Of a stretch of 64,000 bases of DNA, positions 28,401 to 39,675 are shown one piece after another; within the stretch, counting starts at the first letter, position 1; every line of letters starts with the position of its first letter. The position numbers and the translations under genes are program-made. The notes beneath the pieces are model-generated. The model ran no database searches and was not told the DNA's origin. It worked only from the letters and a program-made list of their open reading frames with translations. Source of the stretch: Lingula anatina (taxonomy: Eukaryota; Animalia; Brachiopoda); the NCBI GenBank assembly GCA_051362555.1, contig CM120640.1:57824788-57888787 (forward strand), in the 5' to 3' direction.

Positions 28401-31400
28401 ATTTTTAACACTTTTTTAACATAAAACAAAATAAACATTTTACTGCCATTTTTATATGACCAACTAAGAAAATTGATGAGATGGGAAAAGTATCAATAGA
28501 ACAGTGTTAAATGTCCAATTTCCTCCATTCTGAGATTCTGAACATAGTGGATGATTGAATCTGACAAACTGCAATGATATGAGTTTATTTCCATTTTTGA
28601 CACTTTATTACACAATACATGATAACAAGTTTACCATGTTTTTTTTTACATAATCAACTAACAATGTTGTAAAGATGCAGGAAATATCAAACAAACACTT
28701 TTACGCATCTAATTAGTTCAATAATGAGACTGTTAACATGCCTAATAATTGAATCTGAGGAAATGTGAAAAAACAGTATAACTTCTAAAATAATGGCCCG
28801 ATTATGCTGATTTTCGAACTCAACCTGCATTTTAGTAAGATTGACCACTCCTGTGAATATAATGCCAATTGGCCAATCCGTTTTTCTTATATTGTGTTAT
28901 CAGTGTTGCATTTATATTGAAAAGTGAAAAAACAGCATAAATTCCCTAAAAATGGCCCGATTATGCTGATTTTCGAACTCAACCTGCATTTTAAGAAGAT
29001 TGACCACTCCTGTGAATATAATGCCAATTGGCCAATCCGTTTTTCTTATATTGTGTTATCAGTGTTCCATTTATATTGAAAAGTGAAAAAACAGCATAAA
29101 TTCCCTAAAAATGGCCCAATCATGCTGATTTTCGAACTTGACCTGCGTATTAAGAATTTTCATCAGTTCTGTAAGTTTCAAGCCAAAAGGTAAAATGGTT
29201 TTCCACTTACTGTGTTATCGGTGCTGCATATATGCTGCAAAAGTGAAAAAACAGCATAAATTCCCTAAAAATGGCCCAATCATGCCGATTTTCGAACTTG
29301 ACCTGCATATTATGAATATTCATCAGTTCTGTAAGTTTCAAGCCAAAAGGTAAAATGGTTTTCCACTTACTGTGTTATCGGTGCTGCATATATGCTGAAA
29401 AAGTGAAAAAACAGCATAAATTCCCTAAAAATGGCCCAATCATGCCGATTTTCGAACTTGACCTGCGTATTAGGAATTTTCATCAGTTCTGTAAGTTTCA
29501 AGCCAAAAGGTAAAATGGTTTTCCACTTACTGTGTTATCGGTGCTGCATATATGCTAAAAAAGTGAAAAAACAGCATAAATTTCCTAAAAATGGCCCAAT
29601 CATGCCGATTTTCGAACTTGACCTGCATATTATGAATATTCATCAGTTCTGTAAGTTTCAAGCCAAAAGGTAAAATGGTTTTCCACTTACTGTGTTATCG
29701 GTGCTGCATATATGCTGAAAAAGTGAAAAAACAGCATAAATTTCCTAAAAATGGCCCAATCATGCCGATTTTCAAACTTGACCTGCATATTATGAATATT
29801 CATCAGTTCTGTAAGTTTCAAGTCAAAAGGTACAATGGTTTTCCACTTATCGTGTTATCGGTGCTGCATATATGTTGAAAAAAGTGAAAAAACAGCATAA
29901 ATTCCCTAAGAGTGACCCGATCATGCTGATTTTCGAACTTGACCTGCGTATTATGAATATTCATCAGTTCTGCAAGTTTCAAATCAAAAGGCAAAATGGT
30001 TTTCCACTTATCGTGTTATCGGTAAAAGTGCACGGCGACGGCGACGACGGCGACGACAGACGCAGATGATGGCTATATGTACAGACACATCTGTGTCTGT
30101 ACATAAAAAGTGTGTCTAAATATTTACATCTCACCTTGCTTGAAGCAGTCCATGTAATGTTTGGAAATGAGACTGCACTTCCTCAACAAGCTGAATTGCT
30201 GTAACTCTACTATCTGGAATACCATCATTCAGCACCTGTAACAGTGTAATTATGTAATTCATGTTCATGTGATCTATGCACACAAACTTCAGATATTTAT
30301 TTCATTGAAAATGCTCAGGAGGCAAAAAATATTGCAAGTTTTCATAAAAATCCTATCAATAAGCCACTGTAGTTATTCATGACCCTTCATGAGTAAAGAA
30401 CATTTTGACATTCAAAATTGATTGCTTTATCTCAACAGTACTTTCAACAACATAAAAATATGTTACCTTTTCTGACTTTTTCAGGTTTTTTAGCACCTTG
30501 GCAGCTGTGTTAATCACGGGTTCCATGTCTGCAAACACAGTTTTATTCTACAAAAATAAAAGCCCATATATCAAAATTTGTTTCGGTTAACATTTATGAG
30601 TGTGCCAAATACAATTTCATCACAAGCATGAAAAGACTCGGTGACAGTGGACGACAAAATGTGCAGAGGTTTCAGTGTTGCCACAAACAAAATTTCCATT
30701 CTAAAGGGATGTTTCTCATGTTTACTTCAAAACTGTACCAATAAACATTCCACCAAAAAAATAAACTGCAAAAAATAACATTTAAGTTATCTGTAAATGT
30801 AACAGGTATCAATGCTTGCACATTATGCACTATCCATTTGAATTATCAATTTTTTTCACAATGTAAGAAAGCATTCTCACTTTGTCCTCCATAGAAGAAA
30901 TGGCATGGCTCTTGTGCTCCCCTACAATAACACAATGTGAACATATTGCAGTTTGGTCGTCCTCACAGAAGTATTCTATGGCACGGTTGTCATGATCCTT
31001 ACAAACACTGCCACCAAGTGACAAACTGAAAAACCAATATACCACCACAATTATTTAAGCCAAAAAATCTGTTTCAGCAAAGCATGTAGTATTATTGATC
31101 ACATGATACAACACCTAATAAATGCAAGTACTATTCAAACAGTTTTTAAGGTTAATTTCAAAGTAAAAAAGATCATTTAAGAGAGCTATTAATATCACTT
31201 TTAAGAAAGAACATTTTAAATTTCACAGAAACATCAATGTCACTTTTCAGAAAGTACATCACAGGGACTTTTATGATTAACTTCTATAAATCATAATTTG
31301 ACTGACAGTATCTTTGTACTGCTATTGTAACAGTTTATGCCGTTTTCTCACCCGCTTTCATAGATTGGCACAGCTTGATGCTTCCTTAACGTATTGGAGG

Positions 31401-31957
31401 CAGAGTGAACCTGTTCAAAACATTTGTCAGTGAGAGCATCCAGATAAAATAAATTATCATAAAACACATCAGTGGTTTTAATCACAATAAGTTACCAAGT
31501 GTATGTGTGAGCATCACAACAAAAAATTTAACTTCTGGACGATTGTTATCCCCTTGGAGCAATTCAAATCAAATTATAAAGAACACACATCTGCTTAATT
31601 CTTTTGCTTTAAAATCATCAGCTTTAAAAAAACAGCGCAAAGTGAAACAGCATGTGATACTTCTGTTCTCCATTATATTTTTAATCATTTACAATGTATT
31701 AAATTAATAATAAAATTCAACAAATACTAAGAAACTAACATTAATTTTATATTTCAGATAACATACCCTATCAAAGCATATCCCACACATGGTTACATCA
31801 CACTTGAGACAACAGCATGTAGCTGGATTAAAATTACACTCTTTGCAAGGAACTTTTGTTTCGCAGTCTTCTGACTCCTCCAGGCTGCTTTTCTTCTTTC
31901 TTGGCAACATTCCAGCTGGTGTAAAGTTAAGGACGCTGCTGGAAAAGTTGTAAAATG

Positions 31958-32049
<92 letters not shown>

Positions 32050-34333
32050 CAAACAAGGTCTAAATTAACAAAGGATATATAACATATAAATATCTAAATT
32101 CAGATCTTGTTCACTTTCTGGAGCACACAAAAAGAAATCACTTTAGTTAATATGCATTGGTACATATGTCGTATCTCTTCAATTGGCACATAAATTTAAA
32201 ACTCATTCAGAATCCAATGTTCTTTGTATTTAAAAAATAATAATCAATTCATTATCTAATATGACTGCATGTGTAGTAAGACTAACAACACTTAATGACA
32301 CTTTTTTTTAATTATATCAAATCTGGATTCACTGAATGGTCATAATATATATAATAAACCCCTTATGTTGATGTAATATGTTTTATGGCATTTACTTGTT
32401 GCTGGCAACACTCTTTCTTCTTTGTGCAGAGAGCAAACCAAGTAAATATATGTTTGGCTCCAAACATTTTATACTCCCTTCTTCTTTCAGCTGTGTCAAA
32501 ACCTGTGAACATAAAGGGAAACACATTCTGTAAATAATTACATCTTTCATTTCAAGCTTACTTCAAATTGCCTACTTTACATTTAACAAGTAAAGTCTTC
32601 CCTGTTTTCAATTTTATTTCAAACCCTGACACAGTTGGATTGTTAAATGTAATTTCAACCACATCCCCACCTAAATCCACCAAATCTATCTTTGGATCAT
32701 AAGGGACGAAAAAAACAAAATTTAATAACTTGGATGCTGATATCTGCAAAATTATTATCTGCCAAACAACTAAGAGGTACCTTAATTTGGCAACAACAAT
32801 TGTTGTGAACTGGTAGGCATTTAAGTAGTTTAAATCAATACACCCATGGCCAAAATATTTTTCTGCATACTCACTTTGCATGATGGGCATGGTATACCAG
32901 TCTTGTGAAATTTGGCAAGTTTGAAAAGACAACTTTCACAATATGTATGCCCACATCTCAGCAACAGGGGCATTCGTGGACCATGAGGCCGAGCTGGGTC
33001 TGGTAAGAAAAGAAGTTAAATCAGTCTAGTTGTAGCCATTCCCATGCAGAATTAGAGATATCATGTTAATGTGACGGTAAGACAAGTCCACACAGTGTAA
33101 CAAGAAAACATGTCTTATATCTTTCTTATCAAAACAATAACATATCATACCCTGATGGAAATTCAGTACAACCAAATTCAAAATTTCACAAAATAACATT
33201 CACACGTAATTTACTTCTTAAAATCTAAATTAGGTATATCACAATCCGCTAGGGGCGCTACAGTAGGAACTATCCAGGGGCAGTGAAGTGTAAAACTGAT
33301 ATCGGCCTTCTGACAGCTCGCCAATAGCACCCCTTTTTTAAATCTCTCTTTTAGTAAAACTAATACAAGCCATTAACTAAATAAGCTGTAAATCAAAGAG
33401 TAAAATCCGATCACGTGATTTTCCCGTGTTGCAGTCTTTGAGAAGTTTCAGTTCAGGGCGTTTGAAGTTTTGCCTCGACAAAATGCTAAAAAATGTCAGT
33501 TAAGTGCTGGTTGCAGCTTTTTGAAATTTATAGCGAATAAAGTTTATGAAATTTGCAATATTATGTAGAAAAAACATGAAAATTAAACCATGCGAAGTAT
33601 AGTTTATTTGATGCACAATATTTATAATACATGATCTGCACGGAAGCCATCCCAGCCATGTGCTTGTGCAGTTGCCAATTTGGGTTTGTTTCCGGGTCAT
33701 TAGATTAACATACAGTCATAATTGCCCTAATTAGTCACAAGCAATTTGAGCTGCAGCTACAGCTGAGTGATCACCGCTGGACAGTAGTGACAGGTTTTAA
33801 GCTGAAGAGTGTGGACACTTTTGGTGAATTTTTGCAGTTAAAAAACTTCAATATCTTTGTTGCTTGTAGGAATATTTAAAAAATTCCAAGTGATTTCATC
33901 CGGTTTTTGCATTACCTTTCAGATGATATAAGTATTATAATTTTCTGATCAGTTTGAAAATTTTTCTGATATACCTATCTAAATCGATTGCTTTGGATTT
34001 ACTTTGAATTGCAATAAACCAATTTTTGTCTGAAAGTTAAAACCAATTTTAAAGCAAAAAAAAAATAACGCTCCCTGCAGTCAATTATGTGGCAGATATA
34101 CATCAAATCGCTAGATATTTATGTTACGATATACGAGTTGCATGTACATGTATGACAATGACACGAATGAAGTCGAATTTTGTCCTCATTAAATGAATAG
34201 ACAGCAGTTGCACGTTTAGATAAATAATTTGCACAAAAATTCTTTTAACGCACAGTAGCAAAAATGCATTCTTAACATTACCTTTCGTGCCAAAGGTGTG
34301 GCAGCACGCAGGACATGTAGGATTCTTCTGCAT
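352..34333 (-). CDS. RNF17: RING finger protein 17 / Qin(Kumo)-like multi-Tudor piRNA-pathway protein; multi-exon, 3'-partial (continues beyond base 1)
   Basis: Hand-spliced GT-AG exons with consistent phases (minus strand, 5'->3'): 34333-34282, 32999-32875, 32502-32396, 31938/31935-31767, 31410-31352, 31025-30881, 30547-30467, 30235-30135, 23178-23112, 22903-22855, 22684-22552, 22147-22076, 21283-21201, 20320-20174, 19843-19688, 19394-19238, 18981-18897, 18497-18423, 18231-18078, 16720-16605, 15953-15854, 15189-15017, 14835-14773, 14472-14418 (least certain), 14051-13940, 13703-13580, 13394-12886, 12608-12458, 12184-11975, 11590-11445, 11281-10833, [10164-9511 optional OTU exon], 3789-3620, 1423-1304, 438-352. 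C3HC4 RING (CPAC...LLLRCGHTYCESC...CPSC), B-box1 (CKEC..C..C...CGIC..VH....H), B-box2 (CKDH..YFCEDD..ICSHC..GEHKSH), coiled coil, and four Tudor cores (WYRARV..YIDYGN; WYRAQV..YVDFGN; WYRAKV..MLDFG; WYRGRV..YIDFGN). This domain order is diagnostic of RNF17/Qin. Confidence 0.88.
1445..3307. mobile_element. 1.86-kb non-autonomous TIR DNA transposon, copy A (TA target duplication; Tc1/mariner-like)
   Basis: TA|CGGTAATATGCCAAACAATTCGAC ... GTCGAAATGCTTGGCTCATTACCG|TA, with imperfect TIRs of about 24 bp. CpG-rich relative to the host intron, no transposase ORF, and a full-length homologue at 3972-5845. Confidence 0.85.
3972..5845. mobile_element. 1.87-kb non-autonomous TIR DNA transposon, copy B, inverted relative to copy A
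   Basis: Reverse complement of 1445-3307 along its whole length, with substitutions and small indels. TA on both flanks (3970-71, 5846-47). Confidence 0.85.
5975..8802. mobile_element. 2.8-kb non-autonomous TIR element with 4-bp ATAT flanks (superfamily uncertain; Sola-like possible)
   Basis: TIR GGGCATTTTTACAATCCTGGGC / GCCCAGGATTGTAAAAATGCCC with ATAT on both sides (5971-74, 8803-06). Internal repeated motif TGTCCATTCCGAAACA and degenerate tandem units of about 350 bp. Confidence 0.8.
7398..7483. repeat. Compound (CT)n(AT)n microsatellite
   Basis: Directly visible; lies inside the 5975-8802 element. Confidence 0.95.
9511..10164 (-). CDS. OTU-family deubiquitinase domain (OTUD1-like); candidate in-frame cassette exon of RNF17, or nested/retro-derived ORF
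   Basis: ORF 9503-10174 has a Cys box IIADGNCLFRA (DGNC at 9962-9973), GGEVEI, and a His box NGHYD (9623-9634). Flanking motifs QDKYL and PNPDYAAW resemble OTUD1 as I recall it (QDKYL...IIPDGNCLYRA...NGHYD...PNPEYDNW). It has a consensus G|GTAAGT donor at 9510 (phase 1) and AG acceptors at 10165 or 10207 (both phase 1). There is no ATG before the QDKYL motif. Confidence 0.8.
10181..10517. mobile_element. MITE with TTAA target duplication (Kolobok-like), copy 1
   Basis: TTAA|AGGGATAATAACTCTTCG ... CGAAGAGTTATTATCACT|TTAA. Homologous copies at 42752-43063 and 44317-44663. Confidence 0.85.
15319..15486. mobile_element. Short TIR MITE with 5-bp TSD
   Basis: AGTGT|CAGGCCCGTAGCCAG ... CTGGCTACAGGCCTG|AGTGT. 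Confidence 0.75.
16100..16365 (+). mobile_element. Degenerate 3' fragment of an RTE-clade LINE
   Basis: Translation LGFSLGKTWRNRVRNEKLL...VLVW...KCGRLRKKFMD resembles the post-RT C-terminus of RTE elements (W.DR.RNE...RL.W.GH...GRP.K.W.D). Recognised by eye only. Confidence 0.45.
17090..17225. repeat. Fragment of a CAGGGG-terminal MITE family
   Basis: CAGGGGCGGATCCAGAGATATTTTCTGACAGTCTTCCAAATTATCTTTGTTGATC; a related copy lies at about 23507-23622. Confidence 0.55.
18548..18772. mobile_element. PIF/Harbinger-like MITE (3-bp TSD TTA)
   Basis: TTA flanks, imperfect TIRs and the core AGATCGACCTAACTCCCTGGGGG...GAGACTCCCC, shared with 39676-39894 and 53021-53452. Confidence 0.75.
24537..27571 (-). 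mobile_element. Nested HINE with a 146-bp core satellite
   Basis: Sub-TIR TTGTACCACCAGC (24574-86) / GCTGGTGGTACAA (27559-71). Stem-loop GAGGCG-atag-CGCCTC (24552-67) and terminal CTAGTTT on the minus strand. Hairpin at 27542-27569 and a (GCCGGCGGA)n microsatellite near 27480-27515. Confidence 0.82.
24750..26580. repeat. Tandem satellite, 146-bp monomer, about 11 copies in two blocks (about 5 + 6)
   Basis: AGGTCAAAGGTCA recurs at 24899, 25045, ... (period 146). The blocks are separated by a spacer of about 250 bp (25442-25688) that is duplicated at about 26577-26860. Confidence 0.95.
28765..30025. repeat. Tandem satellite, about 160-bp monomer, about 8 copies
   Basis: AAGTGAAAAAACAGCATAAATT recurs at about 28922, 29081, 29241, 29401, 29561, 29721 and 29882. 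The first two units are a divergent variant. Confidence 0.95.
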
Positions 34334-36443
34334 TATCAACGATATTAGTACCCTTTCTCCTCAACACATGTAAATTGAGCCTCGGTTTCGAGGTTTTGAA
34401 ATGGAGGCAACAATCTCGCTCTCGCTCTACATATGATATAAGGAATTACTCCCTCCGCTCAAACACCTCGTTCTTGGTGGCACTAGTACATGTAGTACTG
34501 CAATGTACTTCTTAGAAATCACGTCATAATATTTTTTAATTAAATTTCAGTGTATAGGTCAGGTAGATAAGGTTTTGGAGAATATTTGGAAACAGACTGG
34601 CATCAATTTAGCACGGTTTTTCAACTGAATCAAAATTCATATTAAAAAATGTTAACATCCCCCACAAGATGTTTAAACTAAACAAGTATTATTGCTGTCA
34701 TAAGAAACCAACAATACTGCGATGGATACACTTGGACACATTACAAACTAGTAATATGTTATAAAAAGATAATGAAACCAAGCCACATAAAATTCTTTCA
34801 GGGATTTTATTTTGGGGTCTACAGTTGTAAGAACACCATTGTTAATTAAAACAGCTTTTAAATATTAAGAACATTAAAATAAATTTAAGAAAAGGCACAA
34901 ATCATTAGTTAGCATAAATTACCACTTAAGTCAGAATACAAAGCAGTCAGAATACAAAGCATATTGTAAGAAAACCCTATGTCTAAATAACTCAGCAACA
35001 ACTCAGAATTGGCATATTATTTAACCCTAGCGAAGCCTAGCTTCGATTCAATTTGTGCACAAATTTCCTTCATTTAAAATCTATAATTCAAAAACTTTTA
35101 ACTTGTACATTTAATTAAGCCAGGTACCAATTAAACAGTACTAGAAATTGGAACCATATCAAAACAACTGTGGTCAATCTGTATGGCCTGTTCAATTATG
35201 ATAAAAATCTACAGTACATCTTGGTGAAATATGCCTGTCTGAAAGTCCTTTTTATTAAAGTATCACATTCCCTTGTTGCAAAATATGAATAACAATTAAC
35301 AACATTTGACTGACTGAACAAAAGAAACATATGTTAGAGCAACACAACCTTCTTAAAGGTAATTATAAGTACTAGCTAACAGTTAATTAAAACATTTAAT
35401 TTACATAAATTGCAAACCATCAAAATCCACAGAACATTACAGCAGCATGAAAAGCAAATGTTAAAATATGACTGGTATGAGATATTATGCCTTTATAAAT
35501 GCACCACTGTCTTCCAATATCCTCTTAAACTTAGTTACTATCTAATAAGGTGGGAGAATAATCTTATAAAACAAACTACAATACATTGAGCATATTATTT
35601 AAATTTGTTACTTAAGATTACAACTATCACATTCACTGTCTTATGGCAAACTCAAATAGATAATGCATAGAATTATGGCAAGTTAGATTACATTAATATG
35701 CGGAACCTTTTATGTAAACCATACATGTAGGTAACTGCAGACTGACACTGTCATTAGCATGTCACCACAATTTTTGCCTTTTCGCAGTTCTTGTGCTATG
35801 CATAAATATGCATAGACCACACATAATATCAACAGCTGATATGCTATATGGCATCCTGAAAATCTATAAAAAGCAAATCTGTTCCTAGAATCATTGAAAC
35901 TGCATAGTGGGCAAGTATCTGTGCATATACTCAACTGGTAATGTATGCTGCAGCTTGCTGTGACATTTATGATAGGATGCTTTTTATACAGAATTTCAAT
36001 TGACACTATAACAATTTTAAAATATAAAAGGCATAAATTAAAAATGAAATGACTCATAACACAGAGACTTTGGGCCACACAGTTCAGTTAGTAATCAATT
36101 ACTGTCCAATTCACCAAATCATACAAACTTTGAAAGTGCACAGTTATTTAATAACAATTTCCCCAGATTATGATTTTTAAAAAGCCGCACTGCTTGGTAC
36201 ACATCATCCTTATGGCATCAAAGACCCAGAAGGCTACCTCCCAGATTGCCTCTTTTGAGCGCTGATCATAGGAGTTCTGAAAAGTAAAATAAAAATAAAA
36301 CATGTAATACTACATACTGACAAAACATTAAATTAAATGAACTTTGAGAGTTGCTTCAGATTTTGCACAAACATTCATCAGCATGAGGCATACCAAAAAA
36401 TTATTCAACGGAACTTTGCTTGAAATACATGTATGTACCTTTG

Positions 36444-38759
36444 TTATGTTTCATGCAAAGCATTTGAATGTCCTTCTTCAGGTTTGATAGGAGCCCACAG
36501 AGTAGGTTCCACCTCTTCATCTGCCTTTGCAGCTTTACGCATATGGCCTGCACGTGTTGGGCTCTTTGGCACTTTTCCCTTTCCTAGAACAGAGTTTAAC
36601 TTCTGCTGGAGTTCACGTACTGCAGCCCTGATATCCAGACTCTGAGTGTGGGATCCTCTGCCAGGTTCACTGAGTGGGTAGACTAGATAAAAATCACCAA
36701 CCCTCTTACGTGGACCACTTTTAATGTGAGGTTTCTGGGAATCCCCACTGTCAAACCTCCCCCCATGAGGCTTGTCTGGGCTTTGAACCGAAGACCGTCC
36801 TTGTGCGCCCATCCCTGCTCTCTCCTTATTGTGAATCTGGGACTTCAGACGAAGCTTGCTGAAACTAGAAGTCTTTTTCATTTGTTTTAAAGAAGACATG
36901 CTTCTCGTGGCCTTTTCACGGTCACCATCAAACAAGAAATGTTTGTTATTGGCATAAATGTCATCTGACTTGAATTTATGAAAGGAATTGGCATGGAAAT
37001 TGCGTGACTGCAAAGGATTGTTATGGCTAGTTTGTTTTGTTTGTGACAATGAGGACTGCTTTACAGTGATCACTTGACCTTTCTTTTCTCTTCCCTCTTT
37101 CTTTTCACTAGTGGGCTGTTTGCGCTGGTCACTGAAATGAGCTTGTTTTTCAAATGCTTCTTCACTTGAAAAAGACAAGGAGTCTGCACTGTCAGGTGGA
37201 AGACTAGACATTGTTATCTCTGAATGAAATGATCCAATACTATCTTCACGGGCCATTTTTAAATCATTTCCATTTAAGTCCTTGGTCAACCTACTCAATC
37301 TTCCCTCTACTATTGTATGCAAATTATTGGCCCTTGAGTCGACTCTCTTCAAACCAGACTTTGAAGTCAGGCTTCGCTGTGTTCCATTGCTGCTACGAGG
37401 TGTGGATGATGATGTTGAAGTGTCTGAACTATCAGATCTAGATGCATTTCTGGAGTGAGCCTCTCTACTGGCAAGTGAGCGTCTGGTTTGTGCTGAATAA
37501 TCAGAAAAAAGGGATAGATCATCATCACCAGCTGTATTTACTGCTTCACTGCTTCCACTCATATTACCATTTAAGTTGATACTGGGAAGTTTGGCACCAT
37601 TAGGATTTATGGCAGGCTTTTTTGATAGTTGTTTTGACACTGGTCTCTTGGCTGAATTTGGTCTAGGAGGGCGTCCAGTAAACATTCTACAAGCATAGCG
37701 TTTCTTAAAATCACTTCCACCTCTATCTGCATCTTGGATTTTGAAGTTCAGCATATCAATCACATCATTTACCAATGGCTTTTTAACAGTCACATCTGTG
37801 ACACAGTCCACACCCAGTGCAGGACTAAAATTGACTTCAAGAAGCCAAGGTTTGAGTTGATCATCAATCAAAATATCAAAACCATACAGTTCAAAGCAGT
37901 TGTTGATTTTTGGGACTTGTGGAATTTGAGCAAGTAATGTCAATATAATGAGATTCTCTATCTTGGCAAATAGAGGGCGATCATCAATATTTGCTTGATG
38001 GAGATAATATCGTAACTGTGTGAGTGTCCATTTGCAGCCAGGTCCAACTCTTTCTTTTTCTAATGTGTACATGGGCCCATGCTTGTTTATAGAAGTATTT
38101 GTAAGGTGTGAAAATACATTTGTCAAAGAGCTTAGGTCGAATTTTTCAGTACTGAAGCGAACAAGTCCCTCTTGGTAAATATAGACATACAGTGGATGGA
38201 AGCTGGATACACACACATAAATTCTGATATCGAATTTGTATCCTGAGATGAGCAAAGGGTTTTGAATGTACTTCTGGACAACTGCAGTACAATCATACTG
38301 CAGTTGGTTGATGTCTTTAAACAAAAAGATGCCTCTTCCACGTGATAGGTCTGCTGGCTTGCATATCCAAAAGTTCAACTGGTCAGGATTGTGCTGTTTC
38401 TGTTTTGATACATCTGACACAAAACGTGTGTAGTCATTGGGTACGTTGTATGACAAAGGACTAAAATTATATACATTAGGACCATATACTCCTTTCATTC
38501 GCTTGAGATTTCTTGCCAAGCTGTCTTTTTTAGTGATGCCTGTGGTTTTAGGATAGTGGTTAAGCCTTTGCCATGGTAGAATTTGTTCATACTCAGAGTT
38601 CCTAAATCTGCTTGTTTTCCACCAAATGTTCCAGTCAAACTCCTCTTGAGTGTCTTCATCAAATTCAATCCATCCCCGTTCTACAAAGACATCTCTCAAC
38701 AGCTCTGGCCCAACACCATTGTCATTGAGTCGAAATACCAGCTGTTTACTAAGGCTCAT
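36444..38759 (-). CDS. TTLL2: Probable tubulin polyglutamylase TTLL2; CDS in a single exon, long Ser/Lys-rich C-terminal tail
   Basis: 777-codon ORF with a TTL domain (WICKPADLSRGRGI, VVQKYI.NPLLI.GYKFDIRIY, FELYGFDILID..LKPWLLEVNFSP). The N-terminus LVFR..ERGW..WN.WW.TSRF..PWQRLNH..T.KD.LA..LKRM..YG is characteristic of TTLL2. First ATG at 38759 with an in-frame stop upstream. Acceptor near 38813 and a probable non-coding first-exon donor near 39460. Confidence 0.9.
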   Translation of the reverse strand: MSLSKQLVFRLNDNGVGPELLRDVFVERGWIEFDEDTQEEFDWNIWWKTSRFRNSEYEQILPWQRLNHYPKTTGITKKDSLARNLKRMKGVYGPNVYNFSPLSYNVPNDYTRFVSDVSKQKQHNPDQLNFWICKPADLSRGRGIFLFKDINQLQYDCTAVVQKYIQNPLLISGYKFDIRIYVCVSSFHPLYVYIYQEGLVRFSTEKFDLSSLTNVFSHLTNTSINKHGPMYTLEKERVGPGCKWTLTQLRYYLHQANIDDRPLFAKIENLIILTLLAQIPQVPKINNCFELYGFDILIDDQLKPWLLEVNFSPALGVDCVTDVTVKKPLVNDVIDMLNFKIQDADRGGSDFKKRYACRMFTGRPPRPNSAKRPVSKQLSKKPAINPNGAKLPSINLNGNMSGSSEAVNTAGDDDLSLFSDYSAQTRRSLASREAHSRNASRSDSSDTSTSSSTPRSSNGTQRSLTSKSGLKRVDSRANNLHTIVEGRLSRLTKDLNGNDLKMAREDSIGSFHSEITMSSLPPDSADSLSFSSEEAFEKQAHFSDQRKQPTSEKKEGREKKGQVITVKQSSLSQTKQTSHNNPLQSRNFHANSFHKFKSDDIYANNKHFLFDGDREKATRSMSSLKQMKKTSSFSKLRLKSQIHNKERAGMGAQGRSSVQSPDKPHGGRFDSGDSQKPHIKSGPRKRVGDFYLVYPLSEPGRGSHTQSLDIRAAVRELQQKLNSVLGKGKVPKSPTRAGHMRKAAKADEEVEPTLWAPIKPEEGHSNALHET

Positions 38760-39459
38760 GCTGTTGTCAGCTAGCAAACCTGGCTGTCATTTTCCTTATG
38801 AGTGGCATTATACCTGAGAATATAGACAAACATGAGATCTGAGTTTCTTAGTTGAGACACACATTTTTACAAAAAATAACCTTAACATGTTATGATTACA
38901 TTTTTTTATAAATGATAGGGGAGGAATTTACTAACTGATGCTAGCAGCAAGATGAAGTACAGTAGCAGAAACTTGAGAAAAATAGAAAAAGAATTTGCAA
39001 AACACTGTCATAAAATATCTTTCTTTTTTGTGAAAAATGCACAAGACATATAGATTATGACATTTATTATCTATAAACCTTCCTAGTTAAACCTCTGGAA
39101 CCCACAAATGTGTCCTCTGATAATAACCGATGACCATCAGGCAAATTTGGAAATTTTACCGATTTCCTTAGATTTTCGCGTGTATGAGATTTTTTAACAT
39201 TGATCTGTGTGACATCTACATAAGACATAGGTGGATCAATCTGAGTTTTTGTAAATCATACACAGGGCCTGTATCAATATCACTTCGACGATTCTTTCTA
39301 GATAGCTTCTGCTTGGGCGGTAAGACATCTTAACTGTGTGGTTGCATGATACCGCTCAAAAGGAATCATAAGTAACCGAATGGTGCTATGCCATTGCGTT
39401 AAACATAAAAAAAGTTCAATCATGTATGCTGATGATAGCTTTGATTGTTAATATACTTA

Positions 39460-39600
39460 CCGAGATACAACATTCTGTCTGTATCTACAGGTAACACCAC
39501 CTGCCCTAGCCAGTAGACATCACCTCACCAAATGACATTCACTGTTGTTACCACGTGACTATCTCTCTATGCCAACAGCCAATCAGAAAGCACAAAAACC
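39460..39600 (-). promoter_or_regulatory. Probable TTLL2 first non-coding exon and promoter
   Basis: Donor G|GTAAGT on the minus strand near 39460; CCAAT box (AGCCAATCAG, about 39577-86); GTTACCACGTGAC (E-box / X-box-like) near 39547. Confidence 0.4.
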
Positions 39601-39675
39601 AGATTTGTTACATATATATTTCTACTCGTCTCAACTATCGCATTGATTGCATTTTTGTAGCCTTTTGTAGTCTAG

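Larger units (their letters stand above)
23345..30106 (-). mobile_element. Large HINE (Helentron-associated non-autonomous element) carrying satellites, with a second HINE nested inside
   Basis: Sub-terminal inverted repeat ATGTACAGACA (23368-78) / TGTCTGTACAT (30094-104). Short stem-loop GGCAGC-aaa-GCTGTC near the left end. At the right end a hairpin (30076-30104), a (GACGGC)n microsatellite (30031-30060) and an A/T-rich insertion site. Confidence 0.72.

Noticed and set aside
28765-30069. Repeated ORFs (MVFHLLCYRCCIY...) and regular repeats superficially like a CRISPR array or repeat protein
   Set aside because: These are head-to-tail 160-bp satellite monomers with no unique spacers. 160 is not a multiple of 3, so the frames shift, and the context is eukaryotic with no cas genes.
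31793-32056. ORFs with poly-K/IY, and the YYIIL repeats at 39843-40088
   Set aside because: These are translations of poly(A), (TA)n and (TTATA)n microsatellites.
36444-38759. Intronless TTLL2 CDS as a possible retrogene
   Set aside because: A mostly single-exon CDS is also how I recall vertebrate TTLL2. A 5' intron is present and no poly(A) tail or TSD is visible.
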